The notes under the pieces were generated by a model. The model did not search any database. It was not told the DNA's origin and saw nothing but the letters and a program-made list of their open reading frames with translations. A stretch of 64,000 nt of DNA from Acholeplasmataceae bacterium (GTDB lineage: Bacteria > Bacillota_I > Bacilli_A > Acholeplasmatales > Acholeplasmataceae): NCBI GenBank assembly GCA_963667565.1, contig OY763415.1, positions 1,056,001 through 1,120,000 of the forward strand, written 5' to 3'. Positions 51,283 through 62,066 of this stretch are shown here, piece after piece. Position 1 is the stretch's first letter. Each line of letters starts with the position of its first letter. Made by a program: the position numbers and the translations under genes.

Positions 51283-51783
51283 TTAACGGTCATTTTTTTT
51301 ATGTGAATCAACTATTTTTTTAAGTAATCCAGATGAGAGTGGCCCTCTCATTGGTTCTATATTTTCTAAGTCTTTTATATCTACAAAAAAGATATCATCA
51401 ACTTCATCATTTAGTGTTTTATGTCCACCTATGATATCTGCTTTAAATACAACCCAAACCAACCTCGAAGCATCGAGTGTATCTGTATGAAATAATCGAA
51501 GATGATCAACAATGAGCCCTGTTTCTTCAAGACATTCTCTTTTCGCTGCTTCTTCTAGGGTTTCTCCTAAATCTCTAAATCCACCTGGAAATGTATATGT
51601 ATGATTTTTTCTCATACGAATCATTAATACTTGATGATCATCATTTTGAGCATAAATAACTGCAGATACATTAACCCAATTATCAAAGTCAATATAGCCA
51701 CAACTACATGCTTTATAAGTTTTATCTTCAATTATTTGTTCTAATTCTAATTTTTTACCGCATTCAGGACAAAAATTCATCAT
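51283..51783 (-). CDS. NUDIX hydrolase with N-terminal zinc ribbon
   Basis: FCPECG...CSCG; GGFRDLGETLEEAAKRECLEETG. Confidence 0.88.
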   Translation of the reverse strand: MMNFCPECGKKLELEQIIEDKTYKACSCGYIDFDNWVNVSAVIYAQNDDHQVLMIRMRKNHTYTFPGGFRDLGETLEEAAKRECLEETGLIVDHLRLFHTDTLDASRLVWVVFKADIIGGHKTLNDEVDDIFFVDIKDLENIEPMRGPLSSGLLKKIVDSHKKNDR

Positions 51784-51789
51784 ATGCCC

Positions 51790-52299
51790 CTACTTTTCTT
51801 TGATGGGTATCCAAATACCACTTTCATAATCTTCGCTTTGCCCATCACCTAACTTATACCATTCTAAATTAACCGGCATTGACATTTCATATGTTTGTTG
51901 ATTTGGTAGCCATGTTTGAAATACTTGTGTATTTAGTGTTTGGAGTGCATCAGGGAGTTTACCAATAGCTTTAAACTTCGCCCACTTACTTTCATTAAGT
52001 GTTATGAGTTTTAAACCTTTTGGAACAATACCACCTTTAAATAAACCAGCAATCATATATGAAAATGTACCTAGTTCATTATGATCATATCTAATCACTG
52101 CAAATTCTCCAATCATATGATCAATGATTGCTTGATCAATATCAGTTTTAGCAATACCTTGTTCTCTTAATGTTTTTAAATGATGATCCATAAATTCATC
52201 CCAAAACAAAGGAATATCTTTATACGGTTCTTTAAAAGAAACTTCCTTTTCAAAACCTATAAACTGTAATGTTTCTAATTTTTCTATTTGGAAATCCAT
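51790..52299 (-). CDS. GyrI-like / AraC effector-binding domain protein
   Basis: IPLFWDEF, WAKF, WLP, IWIPI. Confidence 0.78.
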   Translation of the reverse strand: MDFQIEKLETLQFIGFEKEVSFKEPYKDIPLFWDEFMDHHLKTLREQGIAKTDIDQAIIDHMIGEFAVIRYDHNELGTFSYMIAGLFKGGIVPKGLKLITLNESKWAKFKAIGKLPDALQTLNTQVFQTWLPNQQTYEMSMPVNLEWYKLGDGQSEDYESGIWIPIKEK

Positions 52300-52373
52300 G
52301 AACTTATCCTCCTATGATCTTAATTTAATTATACAACTAAAAAGACTATAAAAAAACAAGACTTTCATCTTGT

Positions 52374-52886
52374 TCATTTTATATCTTCTTTTTTTATTCT
52401 ATAGAAAGCATCATCTTCATCTTCATGGTGAAAATAAGCACCATTATTGATTTGTACTTTCTTTGATGCTTCATTGTCTTTATAACAGCACATATAAATT
52501 TCATCTTCTATCATCATCGGCTTTATCTCATGAAGAAGTAATCTTAATCCTTGTGTTGCATAACCTTGATGACGATATTTAGGATGGATCCCAAACCCAA
52601 TATGTCCAGATCCTTCTTTTAAGTGATCATTTAAGTAATGTCTAAATTTATATAACCCTATAATCTGAGCATCTTTCCATAAAAAATAGTATGAGTAAGG
52701 AACAAATCCAGTAGGTAAATCAATACCTTTAGAATGATTGATAAGCATTGGAAATTCATGATTCAAAAAATACTCAAAAGTAAGATGTTGTTGTTTATTA
52801 TTAAAACCATTTTCAGAAGGTAATTCTTGTAAAAATTGATATTCTTTTTCAATATCCTCTAAGTTCAATTTTTTAATGTATATCAT
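52374..52886 (-). CDS. GNAT family acetyltransferase
   Basis: GHIGFGIHPKYRHQGYAT, DNEASKKV; start ATG 52886. Confidence 0.85.
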   Translation of the reverse strand: MIYIKKLNLEDIEKEYQFLQELPSENGFNNKQQHLTFEYFLNHEFPMLINHSKGIDLPTGFVPYSYYFLWKDAQIIGLYKFRHYLNDHLKEGSGHIGFGIHPKYRHQGYATQGLRLLLHEIKPMMIEDEIYMCCYKDNEASKKVQINNGAYFHHEDEDDAFYRIKKEDIK

Positions 52887-52997
52887 AGTATGACCTCTTT
52901 TACTATTCATTTTAACATATCAAAAATCATATATATTGTTAAAGTCGTAAATTACATATATAATACTAATTAAAACATATTGATATAAGGTGAACTT

Positions 52998-53291
52998 ATG
53001 GTAAAAATCGCTAAAATATTTAGTATCATTCAGTCAGTTATATTCATTTTAATGGTTGTATTAAGCATCAATGTCATCGTTCAAATGGTGACATATCAAG
53101 ATGGATGGGGTTCTTTAGTTCTGATCATTTATGCAATTCTCTATTTTTTATTTTCGTTATTATCATTGATTCCATATATCATTATTGGTAAACATCATGG
53201 ATTTGTTAATCAAAAACTTTATAGTTACATCGTTATCATGAGTTTTCTACTAAGTGTATTCATGTTTATCTTTGGTGTGACACAGTCATAA
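52998..53291 (+). CDS. Small three-TM hypothetical membrane protein
   Basis: RBS AAGGTG; three hydrophobic segments; followed by bidirectional terminator. Confidence 0.65.
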   Translation: MVKIAKIFSIIQSVIFILMVVLSINVIVQMVTYQDGWGSLVLIIYAILYFLFSLLSLIPYIIIGKHHGFVNQKLYSYIVIMSFLLSVFMFIFGVTQS

Positions 53292-53324
53292 AGAAAAGCA
53301 TCCCATATAGAGATGCTTTTTTTA

Positions 53325-55340
53325 TTATGCTTGTTTACCTTTTTTTCTTGGAGGTAGACCTCTTTGTTTAGGTGTTAAAACTGGTGTGTTAGATTTCACA
53401 ACATTTCTGATTTCTTCTAATTTATCAAATGATTGTTTTTGTTTCGCATTTTGATATAAATAATCATCAATGGCTTGTGCAGCTCTATGCCCATCGGCAA
53501 CACCGCTGATTAAATCTGGCCCACGATGAATATCGCCACCAATAAATAACCACGGATAAGCTTCTAATTGACCATCTTGTTCAGCTTTAATCTTACCACG
53601 AACAATTTCGATACCACTTTGAACATCATCAGAGATATAACTGTAATCTGGAGCTTGACCTACTGCCATAAATACTTGTTCAGCTTCAATGACTGTCTTT
53701 GTACACTCATCAAATTTAGGATTGAATTTGCCTTCTTCGTCAAATACACATAAACATTTCCAAACAAGGAGACCTTTAATCTTATCATCTTCAATGATGA
53801 CTTTTTGAGGTCCATTTCCACAGTAAAATTCAATACCTTCCTCAAGACCTTCTTCATATTCATCTTTACTTGCTGGAAGAATATCAAGTGTTTCAAGTGA
53901 AGTTAATTTAACATCAGCTTTTCCATATTTTAGCATTTGAAGACGAATCGTTGATCTAGCAACATCAAATGCAACATCACCTGCACCAATAACAATGACA
54001 CTAGGCTTAACATTAATATCTTCTAATTTTAATACACCACGTTCAAAATCTCTAACAAGTGGAAGAAAATCAAGTGCGCCCATGACATCTTTATGATCAG
54101 CACCTGGAATGTTTAATTTTCTTGCAGTAAAGAATCCTGAACCTAAGAAGACTGCATCATAATCTTTTTCTAATTGATTAAATGAAATATCTTTTCCTAC
54201 TCTTGTATTTAATTTGATATCAACACCAATTGATTTAATAAAGTTAATATCTTTATCAATGGCAGTATCTGGAAGTCTATATGCTGGAATACCATATCTC
54301 ATGACACCACCTGCTAATGCTTTTTGTTCAAACACAGTGACTTGATAACCCATTGTTCTTAAATAATATGCAGCACCAAGTGATGCAGGACCAGAACCAA
54401 CAATAGCAACTTTCGCATCAATGACTTCATTTACTGGATCCATCACTGACTTATGGTAGATATCATCTGGTGCTGAATCTATGATGTAACGTTTTAACCA
54501 ACGAATAGCAATTGCTTCACCACGAACAGCAATCGCACATGATGTTTCACAATTGTGTGTACATACACGTCCACAAACACCTGGAAGTGGATTTGTCTCA
54601 TAAACTTGTCTTAATGCACCATCAATATCATCTTCCCAAATCGATCTAATATATGCTGGAATATGCATTTGAACTGGGCATGAAGATTCACAAACGCCAC
54701 ATTCAACACATCTAGCAGCTTCTAATTTAGCATATTCTTTTGAATATCCGCGAACAATTTCAACAAATGAATCTTTTCTGTCATCTGGTTCTATATGTTC
54801 CATAGGTACTCTTTCTAAATCTAATAAGTCAGAGTTTTCATCTTTTTGCCAACCATGTTTAACTGCTTCACCGCGCCATAATTCATCTGGTAAAAAATAG
54901 AATTTATCAGGATCATCATTGGCATATACATATTCTGTACTCATGTTTAATGAACCTGTAGTACATGTATCTACACAAAGTGCACAAAAGCAACAACGTC
55001 CATAATCAATGGCTGGTCTAACTTGAAATTCACCTGGTCTTTCAGGAATTTCTAATCGTTCAACCATCGTGATTGCATCTGTAGGACAGATTTCACCACA
55101 AGTACCACAACCAATACATTCTTCCCAATCATTGGTGTGAAACCCACGAAGATTTGGAGGTGCAAGTCTTGGACTTGAATCTTCTACTTCTGATTTTTTC
55201 ATAATCCCTTGAGAAGCTAAATAATTTGCATTTTTCTTAGTAACAATATGTTTGAGTTCATGTGTAACAGGTTTTCTAAATAAATATTTTAGTAATCTAA
55301 AAGAATTGAAGATACTTTTTTCTCTATATTTGTTTGCCAT
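53325..55340 (-). CDS. NuoI/MbxN-like 2[4Fe-4S] domain fused to GltD/NfnB-like FAD/NAD(P) oxidoreductase
   Basis: CIGCGTCGEICP, CCFCALCVDTC, then RCVECG..CESSCP, CGRVC...CE, GSGPAS, GAGDVA.D; start ATG 55340. Confidence 0.85.
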   Translation of the reverse strand: MANKYREKSIFNSFRLLKYLFRKPVTHELKHIVTKKNANYLASQGIMKKSEVEDSSPRLAPPNLRGFHTNDWEECIGCGTCGEICPTDAITMVERLEIPERPGEFQVRPAIDYGRCCFCALCVDTCTTGSLNMSTEYVYANDDPDKFYFLPDELWRGEAVKHGWQKDENSDLLDLERVPMEHIEPDDRKDSFVEIVRGYSKEYAKLEAARCVECGVCESSCPVQMHIPAYIRSIWEDDIDGALRQVYETNPLPGVCGRVCTHNCETSCAIAVRGEAIAIRWLKRYIIDSAPDDIYHKSVMDPVNEVIDAKVAIVGSGPASLGAAYYLRTMGYQVTVFEQKALAGGVMRYGIPAYRLPDTAIDKDINFIKSIGVDIKLNTRVGKDISFNQLEKDYDAVFLGSGFFTARKLNIPGADHKDVMGALDFLPLVRDFERGVLKLEDINVKPSVIVIGAGDVAFDVARSTIRLQMLKYGKADVKLTSLETLDILPASKDEYEEGLEEGIEFYCGNGPQKVIIEDDKIKGLLVWKCLCVFDEEGKFNPKFDECTKTVIEAEQVFMAVGQAPDYSYISDDVQSGIEIVRGKIKAEQDGQLEAYPWLFIGGDIHRGPDLISGVADGHRAAQAIDDYLYQNAKQKQSFDKLEEIRNVVKSNTPVLTPKQRGLPPRKKGKQA

Positions 55341-55349
55341 TATCTTCAC

Positions 55350-56459
55350 CTACCGATCAATCTCAGGAGAGCACACACCCATAGTGTCAACCCATAGAGC
55401 TGCATCATCAATACGTGTTCCTGGTAAATATTTTTTAACACCCAATAGTCCTTGTGGATAACTGGCACCACGGACCCCTACACGATATGGACTAATTGAT
55501 TTCCCATCTGAAACGATGAAATATCCAAATTCACCACGACTTGATTCAAGTGGTGAATATACATGTCCTTTTGGAACAATCCATCTCATTGATTGTCCTC
55601 TTCCAAGCGGAACTCTAACAGGTCCTTGTGGCATTTTTGCCAAGCATTGACGAATGATAGAGATAGATTGAACAACTTCTTGTAATTTCATATCGACTCT
55701 ACTTCTTGCATCAGAATAATCTGAAAAAGGAACTTCAAATTCAACTTGATCATATTTTAAATATGGCATCACTTTTCTAAGATCATTGGGTTTGTTTACT
55801 GAACTTCTCATACCAATACCAGTGACACCTAATTCCCAAACCACTTCTTTTGGTAATAAGATATGATCTTTAATTCTTTTGATAATGGTTGGATTTTCTA
55901 TACCAATATCTCTATATTCTAGATATCTTGATTCCAAATCATCTAAGAATGCATGAATATCTTTTTCAATACCAACAGGTAAATCTTTTCTAACACCACC
56001 AGGAACAATATATTGGTGGTATACACGATGTCCTGTGATTTGTTCAAAAATATCAAGTATTTTATTACGATCAGAGTGTGCTAAATACATAATTGTATAA
56101 TGACCTGTAGGTGAACCTAATCCACCATATGCCATTAAGTGAATGGATAATCTCGCAAGTTCTAGAATAATCATTCTAATCCATTGTGCACGTTCTGGTG
56201 CTTCAATACCTGCTAATTTTTCAACCCCCATAGCGTAAGCAGCTTCATTAATATCTGGTTCAACAACACAAACTCTAGGGATCAAGGAAATATTGTTATA
56301 CCAAGTTTTTCTTTCCATGCCCTTTTCAAAGCCACGATGCAACATACCTGGAAGTAAATATGAACGTTTAATAATATCACCTTCCACATATAAATGGACA
56401 GATGCGTTACCATGCATACCTGGATGTTGAGGACCTAAAAATAATTTCATTTCTTGCAT
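55350..56459 (-). CDS. NuoD/MbxL-like catalytic subunit (no NiFe CxxC motifs)
   Basis: GPQHPGMHG, HRGFEK, RVCVVEPD, ESSRGE, CSPEIDR; start ATG 56459. Confidence 0.88.
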   Translation of the reverse strand: MQEMKLFLGPQHPGMHGNASVHLYVEGDIIKRSYLLPGMLHRGFEKGMERKTWYNNISLIPRVCVVEPDINEAAYAMGVEKLAGIEAPERAQWIRMIILELARLSIHLMAYGGLGSPTGHYTIMYLAHSDRNKILDIFEQITGHRVYHQYIVPGGVRKDLPVGIEKDIHAFLDDLESRYLEYRDIGIENPTIIKRIKDHILLPKEVVWELGVTGIGMRSSVNKPNDLRKVMPYLKYDQVEFEVPFSDYSDARSRVDMKLQEVVQSISIIRQCLAKMPQGPVRVPLGRGQSMRWIVPKGHVYSPLESSRGEFGYFIVSDGKSISPYRVGVRGASYPQGLLGVKKYLPGTRIDDAALWVDTMGVCSPEIDR

Positions 56460-56460
56460 A

Positions 56461-57048
56461 TTAACGCCCTTCCTTTCCAAGTTTTCTTGCACGTTCATGT
56501 CTTTCATCTCTTTTTTCTTGTTTCGATGCTTGACCTTCTAAATTAATGTGGTTATCTGAGTATTCTCTACCCTTAAATTTCTTATCACTATAAGCTTTTG
56601 GATCAAAATCTTTTCTAAGTGGTGGTAGATCATCCCATTGTTCTAATATAAGTTGTTTATCATACATTGGATTTCCAGGAAACTTCACACCAAAGAATTC
56701 GTGACATTCTCTTTCATAATACTCACAATTTGGGAATATATGAATGATTGAAGGCATCACTGCATCTTCTCTATTAAGTCTAGTACGTAATTGTACATGT
56801 ACTGCTTTATCCCAATTCATTAAAATATAAATCAGTTCAAATTCACCTTCATCAATCCAATCGACTGCACTTAAATATGATAATTGAATCCAACCGGCAT
56901 TCTTTAAAATGCTTAATGCTTGATGTATATCTTCTTTATTTAATTCAAATGCAACTTGATATTGATGAATTTCTTCTACTTTTTTTACTTTGAGATAGCT
57001 TTGTAATAAATCAATGACTTCTTTAACATTATTCATGGAATTCGTCAT
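56461..57048 (-). CDS. NuoC/MbxK-like subunit
   Basis: LSAVDW, YERECHEFFGV.F.GNP, PLRKDF. Confidence 0.88.
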   Translation of the reverse strand: MTNSMNNVKEVIDLLQSYLKVKKVEEIHQYQVAFELNKEDIHQALSILKNAGWIQLSYLSAVDWIDEGEFELIYILMNWDKAVHVQLRTRLNREDAVMPSIIHIFPNCEYYERECHEFFGVKFPGNPMYDKQLILEQWDDLPPLRKDFDPKAYSDKKFKGREYSDNHINLEGQASKQEKRDERHERARKLGKEGR

Positions 57049-57607
57049 GGACTTCTACCTCCCCTAGGCTATCAAGTTGGTTTTTCTTATACCATTCATA
57101 GTTGTCTTTATAACGTTTCCAACCATCAGCTTTTTTAGTTTTAATTAGTTCCATTAAATCCACAAAACCATTCATTACTGCTTCTGTATTTGGCATACAG
57201 CCAGCAACGTAAGTATCAACTGGTATATATTGGTCTAATCTGTTAATGACTGCGTGTGAGTCATGATAAATACCACCATTAATCGTACAACTTCCAAAAC
57301 CTACAACATATTTTGGTTCACTCATCTGTTCATATGTATAGATGAGTCTTCTTAGTGTTTTTAAAGATAAATATCCAGTGACTAAAAGGACATCAGCTTG
57401 TCTTGGAGTCGCCATAGGACCCATACCAAATCTTTCCATGTCATATGCTGAAGTCATTGCAGGTGGTAATTCAATTGCACAACATCCTGTACAATACATC
57501 AGCATCCATAATGAATTTCTTCTAAAGAAATCTCCTATTTCTGTCCATTTCTTGTCCATTTCGTCTTTTGTGTAATTTTTAATTGGTGTAAATCTTGTTG
57601 ATTCCAT
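57029..57607 (-). CDS. NuoB/MbxJ-like Fe-S subunit
   Basis: GCCAIE, PRQAD, GSCTINGG, GCMP. Confidence 0.9.
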   Translation of the reverse strand: MESTRFTPIKNYTKDEMDKKWTEIGDFFRRNSLWMLMYCTGCCAIELPPAMTSAYDMERFGMGPMATPRQADVLLVTGYLSLKTLRRLIYTYEQMSEPKYVVGFGSCTINGGIYHDSHAVINRLDQYIPVDTYVAGCMPNTEAVMNGFVDLMELIKTKKADGWKRYKDNYEWYKKNQLDSLGEVEVHDEFHE

Positions 57608-57608
57608 A

Positions 57609-58532
57609 TTAGATCACCCATCCTAAATAGATTGCGATAAACGCTTGTATAATTGCGATAATGAGTGGCCACTTGTAAAAGTATGTCATCACTTGATCAA
57701 TCTTATAACGACCATTCATATAACTAAATAAATTCATTGCTGTATATACTGCTAAATATTTAACAAGATAGATAAGAATATTCGTAGCTCCACCTAAAAA
57801 TAAATTAACAAATAAAGTGACTTCAATAAACACTGTAATCTCATGCATGATGAATAACATACCTAATTGTTTCCCACCATATTCAACCATTGGACCTGAA
57901 GCAATTTCCGCAGGTGCAATAAATGTTTCAAAAGGTTTTTTACCTAACATTGCTAAAAGTGCAGGAATAGCTACAAAAATGAACCCTAATGGTAATGCAA
58001 TCATAAACCAGCTATGACCTGCTGCTTGTTGATAAAGCGCAATTTCACTAATGCTTGAAGAACCTGTGAGTTTAAAAACAACAACTAATAAAACCATGAA
58101 AGGAACTTCATATGCAAGCATCGTCGCAAGTGCTCTCATGACACCAATAGATGCAAGTGGATTTCCACTTCCTGAAGCACTCATTGCCATGCCTAACATA
58201 CCTACTGCTAGTAAATAAACGAAAATAAAGAAATTATCAAAATCAGCAAATGCAATCATTGGATTAGCACCTACTGTTAGTGGTATAAACATTGCAGTTG
58301 CAATAATTCCACCAAGTGCCATAATGACACCAAAATCAAAGATCCAACCATGTGACACTGAACGTTTTGATAAGAGTTTAAATATATCTAAGAACTCTTG
58401 ATACCATCTTGGACCAACTCTTCTTTGCAATCTTGCAATGACTTTTCTGTTAATCCCTGCAACTGTTGTTTGAAGAACAAATCCGAAGAAGGCGATACCA
58501 AAACCAATTAAGATATGAATTAAGACTGTCAT
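57609..58532 (-). CDS. NuoH/MbxM-like membrane subunit
   Basis: RKVIARLQRRVGP, KKPFE...AEIASGPMVEYGG. Confidence 0.88.
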   Translation of the reverse strand: MTVLIHILIGFGIAFFGFVLQTTVAGINRKVIARLQRRVGPRWYQEFLDIFKLLSKRSVSHGWIFDFGVIMALGGIIATAMFIPLTVGANPMIAFADFDNFFIFVYLLAVGMLGMAMSASGSGNPLASIGVMRALATMLAYEVPFMVLLVVVFKLTGSSSISEIALYQQAAGHSWFMIALPLGFIFVAIPALLAMLGKKPFETFIAPAEIASGPMVEYGGKQLGMLFIMHEITVFIEVTLFVNLFLGGATNILIYLVKYLAVYTAMNLFSYMNGRYKIDQVMTYFYKWPLIIAIIQAFIAIYLGWVI

Positions 58533-60385
58533 AATACCACCTCACTTAGTAATAGCCAAATCATTAAGAGAATAACCATGATTGTAAACACCTCTAATAA
58601 TTTGTTAAAGAAGATATATTTAATAGCTCTACCAAGTTCTTTTACTTTAAGTGATAAAGCTTTATATATATTTTCGGTGATATCAATGTATTTTTCATAA
58701 AGTCTTTCGATTGGAGCATAAAATTCTTGAGTGTAATGAAGCAACTGTTCTGTGTAAATAAAATTACCTGCAGTATATGTGTCCATAAGACCGACTTTTT
58801 TACTCTTTGGAAATATCACAAAAATTAAGAACGCGATGAACACTCCAAAAGCAAATACACCAGCCATCAAGAGTGGATTTAACATTGAGTTTTCATTCCA
58901 ACCTTGAATGGTGTTTGAATGAATAAGTAATGGATCAAATCCTAATTCTTCAACAACTAAATTAACTTTTGTTAAGAAGAATGTTGTAAATGTTCCTGTT
59001 AATAAATTTAATACCGATAATATCGCCATAGGAATGCCCATGATGAAAGGTACTTCTTTTAAATGTTTATATTGTGGTAGTTCTTGACCTAAGAATAATG
59101 CAGCGAGCGGTCTAAATACATATAAGAAACTACCAATAGATCCAAATGTCAGTGCCACTGTCACTAAAATCATGCCTTTATTAATTGCTGCTTGATAGAT
59201 GAGCCATTTGGAGATAAATCCACCCATTGGAGGAATACCAGCCATTGAAATAATAGCAATTAAATAAACCATATATGTAAATGGCATTTTATGGATAATA
59301 CCACCTAGTTCACTAATCTTCGTTGTGTGTGTTTGTCTTGCTACTGCTGCAATCGCTAAAAATGCTGCAGCTGATGCAATCGCATGAACTAATACATGAT
59401 ATAGTCCACCAGCAACTGCATGTGATTCTAACATACTAAACCCGACTAATATATAACCACCGTTACTCATTGATGAATAAGCAAGTAACACTTTGGCATC
59501 ATCTGATCGTATCGCCATTAACGTACCAAAAATGATGGATAAACTTCCGAGCAAAGCAATAACCCAATTTGCCCAAGGGATTTCCATGACCATTACATTG
59601 GTTGAAAATGGTGCAATTTTAATGAGCGCAAATATTGAAACAAATGCACCAAGTTTAACTAACCCCCCTGATAAAACAGGTGAGAATGGATGTGGAGCAC
59701 TACCATGTGCTTTAGGTAACCAAATATTAAGTGGGAATGCACCTAATTTAGAAAATCCTGCAATTAACAATAATATATAAACTAGTATTGCTGATCCTCC
59801 ACTAAGTGCACTTAAGTTTTCATTGATATCAAATGAATCAGTTAATTGATGCATATAGAAAATAACAAAGATGAGTGCAACACTTCCAGCCATTGAAAAT
59901 CCAAAATATGAAATGGCTGCATCTTTCTTTTTACCCATTTGGACTAAAAACATCGTTGACCAAACAACTAACTCAAATAAGAAGAAAAACACTAAAATGT
60001 TTGATGCAAAGAATACTCCTATAACACCAGCTATACTTAACACCCAAGCAAAATTATATGCATGTTTATATTTAATAGTTTCAATAAAATAAGGATTAAA
60101 GAATGAAGCCATTGCATAAATAAATGTTAAGATGACTGTAAAAAATATTGCTAGATCAGTAATTTCAAAAACTGAAATATTTGGATAGATACTTTCGAGC
60201 AATATCGCGTTTTGTTGTAATATAGATGGTTCGACATATCCAGCATATGCAATCACTGAGAATGCCAAAAATGAAATGATTGTCGTTAAGATACTTCCTA
60301 ATTTATAAGATAATCTTGAAACTAAATAGGTAACGATACTAAGCACGACTAAGCTTATAATTAACGTTTGAATTGATACTTCCAT
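58529..60385 (-). CDS. Antiporter-like subunit (MbxH'/NuoL-M/MrpD family)
   Basis: KLGAFPLNIWLPKAH, LLAYSS, MAGIPPMGGF; start ATG 60385. Confidence 0.85.
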   Translation of the reverse strand: MEVSIQTLIISLVVLSIVTYLVSRLSYKLGSILTTIISFLAFSVIAYAGYVEPSILQQNAILLESIYPNISVFEITDLAIFFTVILTFIYAMASFFNPYFIETIKYKHAYNFAWVLSIAGVIGVFFASNILVFFFLFELVVWSTMFLVQMGKKKDAAISYFGFSMAGSVALIFVIFYMHQLTDSFDINENLSALSGGSAILVYILLLIAGFSKLGAFPLNIWLPKAHGSAPHPFSPVLSGGLVKLGAFVSIFALIKIAPFSTNVMVMEIPWANWVIALLGSLSIIFGTLMAIRSDDAKVLLAYSSMSNGGYILVGFSMLESHAVAGGLYHVLVHAIASAAAFLAIAAVARQTHTTKISELGGIIHKMPFTYMVYLIAIISMAGIPPMGGFISKWLIYQAAINKGMILVTVALTFGSIGSFLYVFRPLAALFLGQELPQYKHLKEVPFIMGIPMAILSVLNLLTGTFTTFFLTKVNLVVEELGFDPLLIHSNTIQGWNENSMLNPLLMAGVFAFGVFIAFLIFVIFPKSKKVGLMDTYTAGNFIYTEQLLHYTQEFYAPIERLYEKYIDITENIYKALSLKVKELGRAIKYIFFNKLLEVFTIMVILLMIWLLLSEVVL

Positions 60386-60387
60386 CG

Positions 60388-61746
60388 TTACACCTCCATC
60401 CAATCGATTAAATTAATCTTGTCTATTAAGTCAGATACATTGGAAGTCAATCCAAAAACAATTAATGAAATGACTAGAATACTCAAGATAACATATAATG
60501 CAGGACATAATTTAATCTTTAAATCATTTTGACCATACCATAGAACTCCAAGTAATTTAATTAAATAAATGGCTTCGATAATCGTTGTAAGTAATATTGC
60601 TACTGGTATGATATATTGACCAGTTTCAAAAAAACTCATCATGGCATTCATCTTAACGATAAATCCAACAAATAATGGAAGTCCTAACATTGAAAGTACT
60701 GAAACTGTGAAAAAGACACCAAGTAAGATATTTTGTTTAAATATACCTTCAAGTTTTTCAATATCATCAGTTTGAGCTTGTTCTTCAATATGATTTGTGA
60801 TTGCAAACAATATGAATTTAGTGATAGCAACAACTGAAATAAATACTGCTGCAACACCAACGAATCCATAAATTGCGAGTAATGCTACAATTGCAGATTG
60901 CGCAATGGATGAGAACAGTAATATGTGTTTGACACGTTTAGAATCATATGCCATCGCTTCTCCTGCTACAATACTTGCAACAAAGATCACTAATAAGATC
61001 GTTGTAAGTGTTGATGAAGGTATGTAAATATATTGAATAACTCTTGTGAATACAAATAAGAATGTTGCTGAATAAGCTGACGCAATAAGTGGTCCTGTAA
61101 GTGTATTAGATGTTTCTAAGATACCTTTTACCCAATTATTAAGAGGAAGTATTTTAATTTCAACACCTAAACCTATCACCATCATAAGCACTGGAATACT
61201 TACTGAATTATTAGATGCTTGAATTTGACTAGCAACATCATGCATAGATAATGTACCTGTCATGTTATATAAAATAATTAAACCTAGTAAATAGAATGTC
61301 GACCCAATAGATCCTTGAACTAAATAACTAAATGTCTTTGATGGTGCATTTTGAGTTGCAGTGATGATATATCCAGCAATTGCAACAATTTCCATAAATA
61401 CGAATAAGTTAAATAAATCAGCTGTTAAAAGTAAACCATTAAGACCGGCTAAGATAACAAGTAATACAGGTGCAAATTTTTGGAATTTTACATAATTTGT
61501 TGCATAAATGAATAATAAAAGTCCATTAACAACAAGCAGTGATAATTCTGTAAAACTATTGACTACAAAGTAAATTGAGTAAACAGGTGTATCTCCACCA
61601 ATATTTGTGATACCTTGAGTAACAAATAATGATATGATCGTCACTGCTAAACTTGTTAGTAGTAACAAGATATGTGCATATTTCTTAATAAGAATACTTA
61701 AGAAAGCAGCAATGAGTGGTATAACAACTAGTAAGATTGGATTCAT
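60388..61746 (-). CDS. Antiporter-like subunit (MbxH/MrpD family)
   Basis: DLFNLFVFMEI, LGLPLFVGF. Confidence 0.83.
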   Translation of the reverse strand: MNPILLVVIPLIAAFLSILIKKYAHILLLLTSLAVTIISLFVTQGITNIGGDTPVYSIYFVVNSFTELSLLVVNGLLLFIYATNYVKFQKFAPVLLVILAGLNGLLLTADLFNLFVFMEIVAIAGYIITATQNAPSKTFSYLVQGSIGSTFYLLGLIILYNMTGTLSMHDVASQIQASNNSVSIPVLMMVIGLGVEIKILPLNNWVKGILETSNTLTGPLIASAYSATFLFVFTRVIQYIYIPSSTLTTILLVIFVASIVAGEAMAYDSKRVKHILLFSSIAQSAIVALLAIYGFVGVAAVFISVVAITKFILFAITNHIEEQAQTDDIEKLEGIFKQNILLGVFFTVSVLSMLGLPLFVGFIVKMNAMMSFFETGQYIIPVAILLTTIIEAIYLIKLLGVLWYGQNDLKIKLCPALYVILSILVISLIVFGLTSNVSDLIDKINLIDWMEV

Positions 61747-62066
61747 GCTTGTTCACCCACTTCATCTAAATTTAAAGTATGATGCTTTTGATAAAAAAGT
61801 CTTGCAAACACCAAACCTATTGCAGTCGTACCAACACCAATAACAATTGAAGTTAACACAAGTGCTTGTGGTAGTGGATCAACAACCAAATCAGCTGTTA
61901 AACTAAATATTGGTGCAATTCCACCATTATAACCAACTGTGATAATAAATAGATTTAAACCTATTTCTAGCACGTTTAAACTTAAAATAATTCTGATGAT
62001 ATTGCGATGTGTAAGGACACCATATAAGCCCAACATCATCATGATAATAGATGCATATTGTAACAT
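61743..62066 (-). CDS. MrpC/MnhC (MbxG)-like subunit
   Basis: DPLPQALVLTSIVIG. Confidence 0.9.
   Translation of the reverse strand: MLQYASIIMMMLGLYGVLTHRNIIRIILSLNVLEIGLNLFIITVGYNGGIAPIFSLTADLVVDPLPQALVLTSIVIGVGTTAIGLVFARLFYQKHHTLNLDEVGEQA

Noticed and set aside
55350..56459. [NiFe]-hydrogenase large subunit or true complex I NuoD
   Set aside because: Both CxxC Ni-binding motifs are reduced to single Cys; Mrp-type subunits are present while NuoA/J and NuoEFG are not seen
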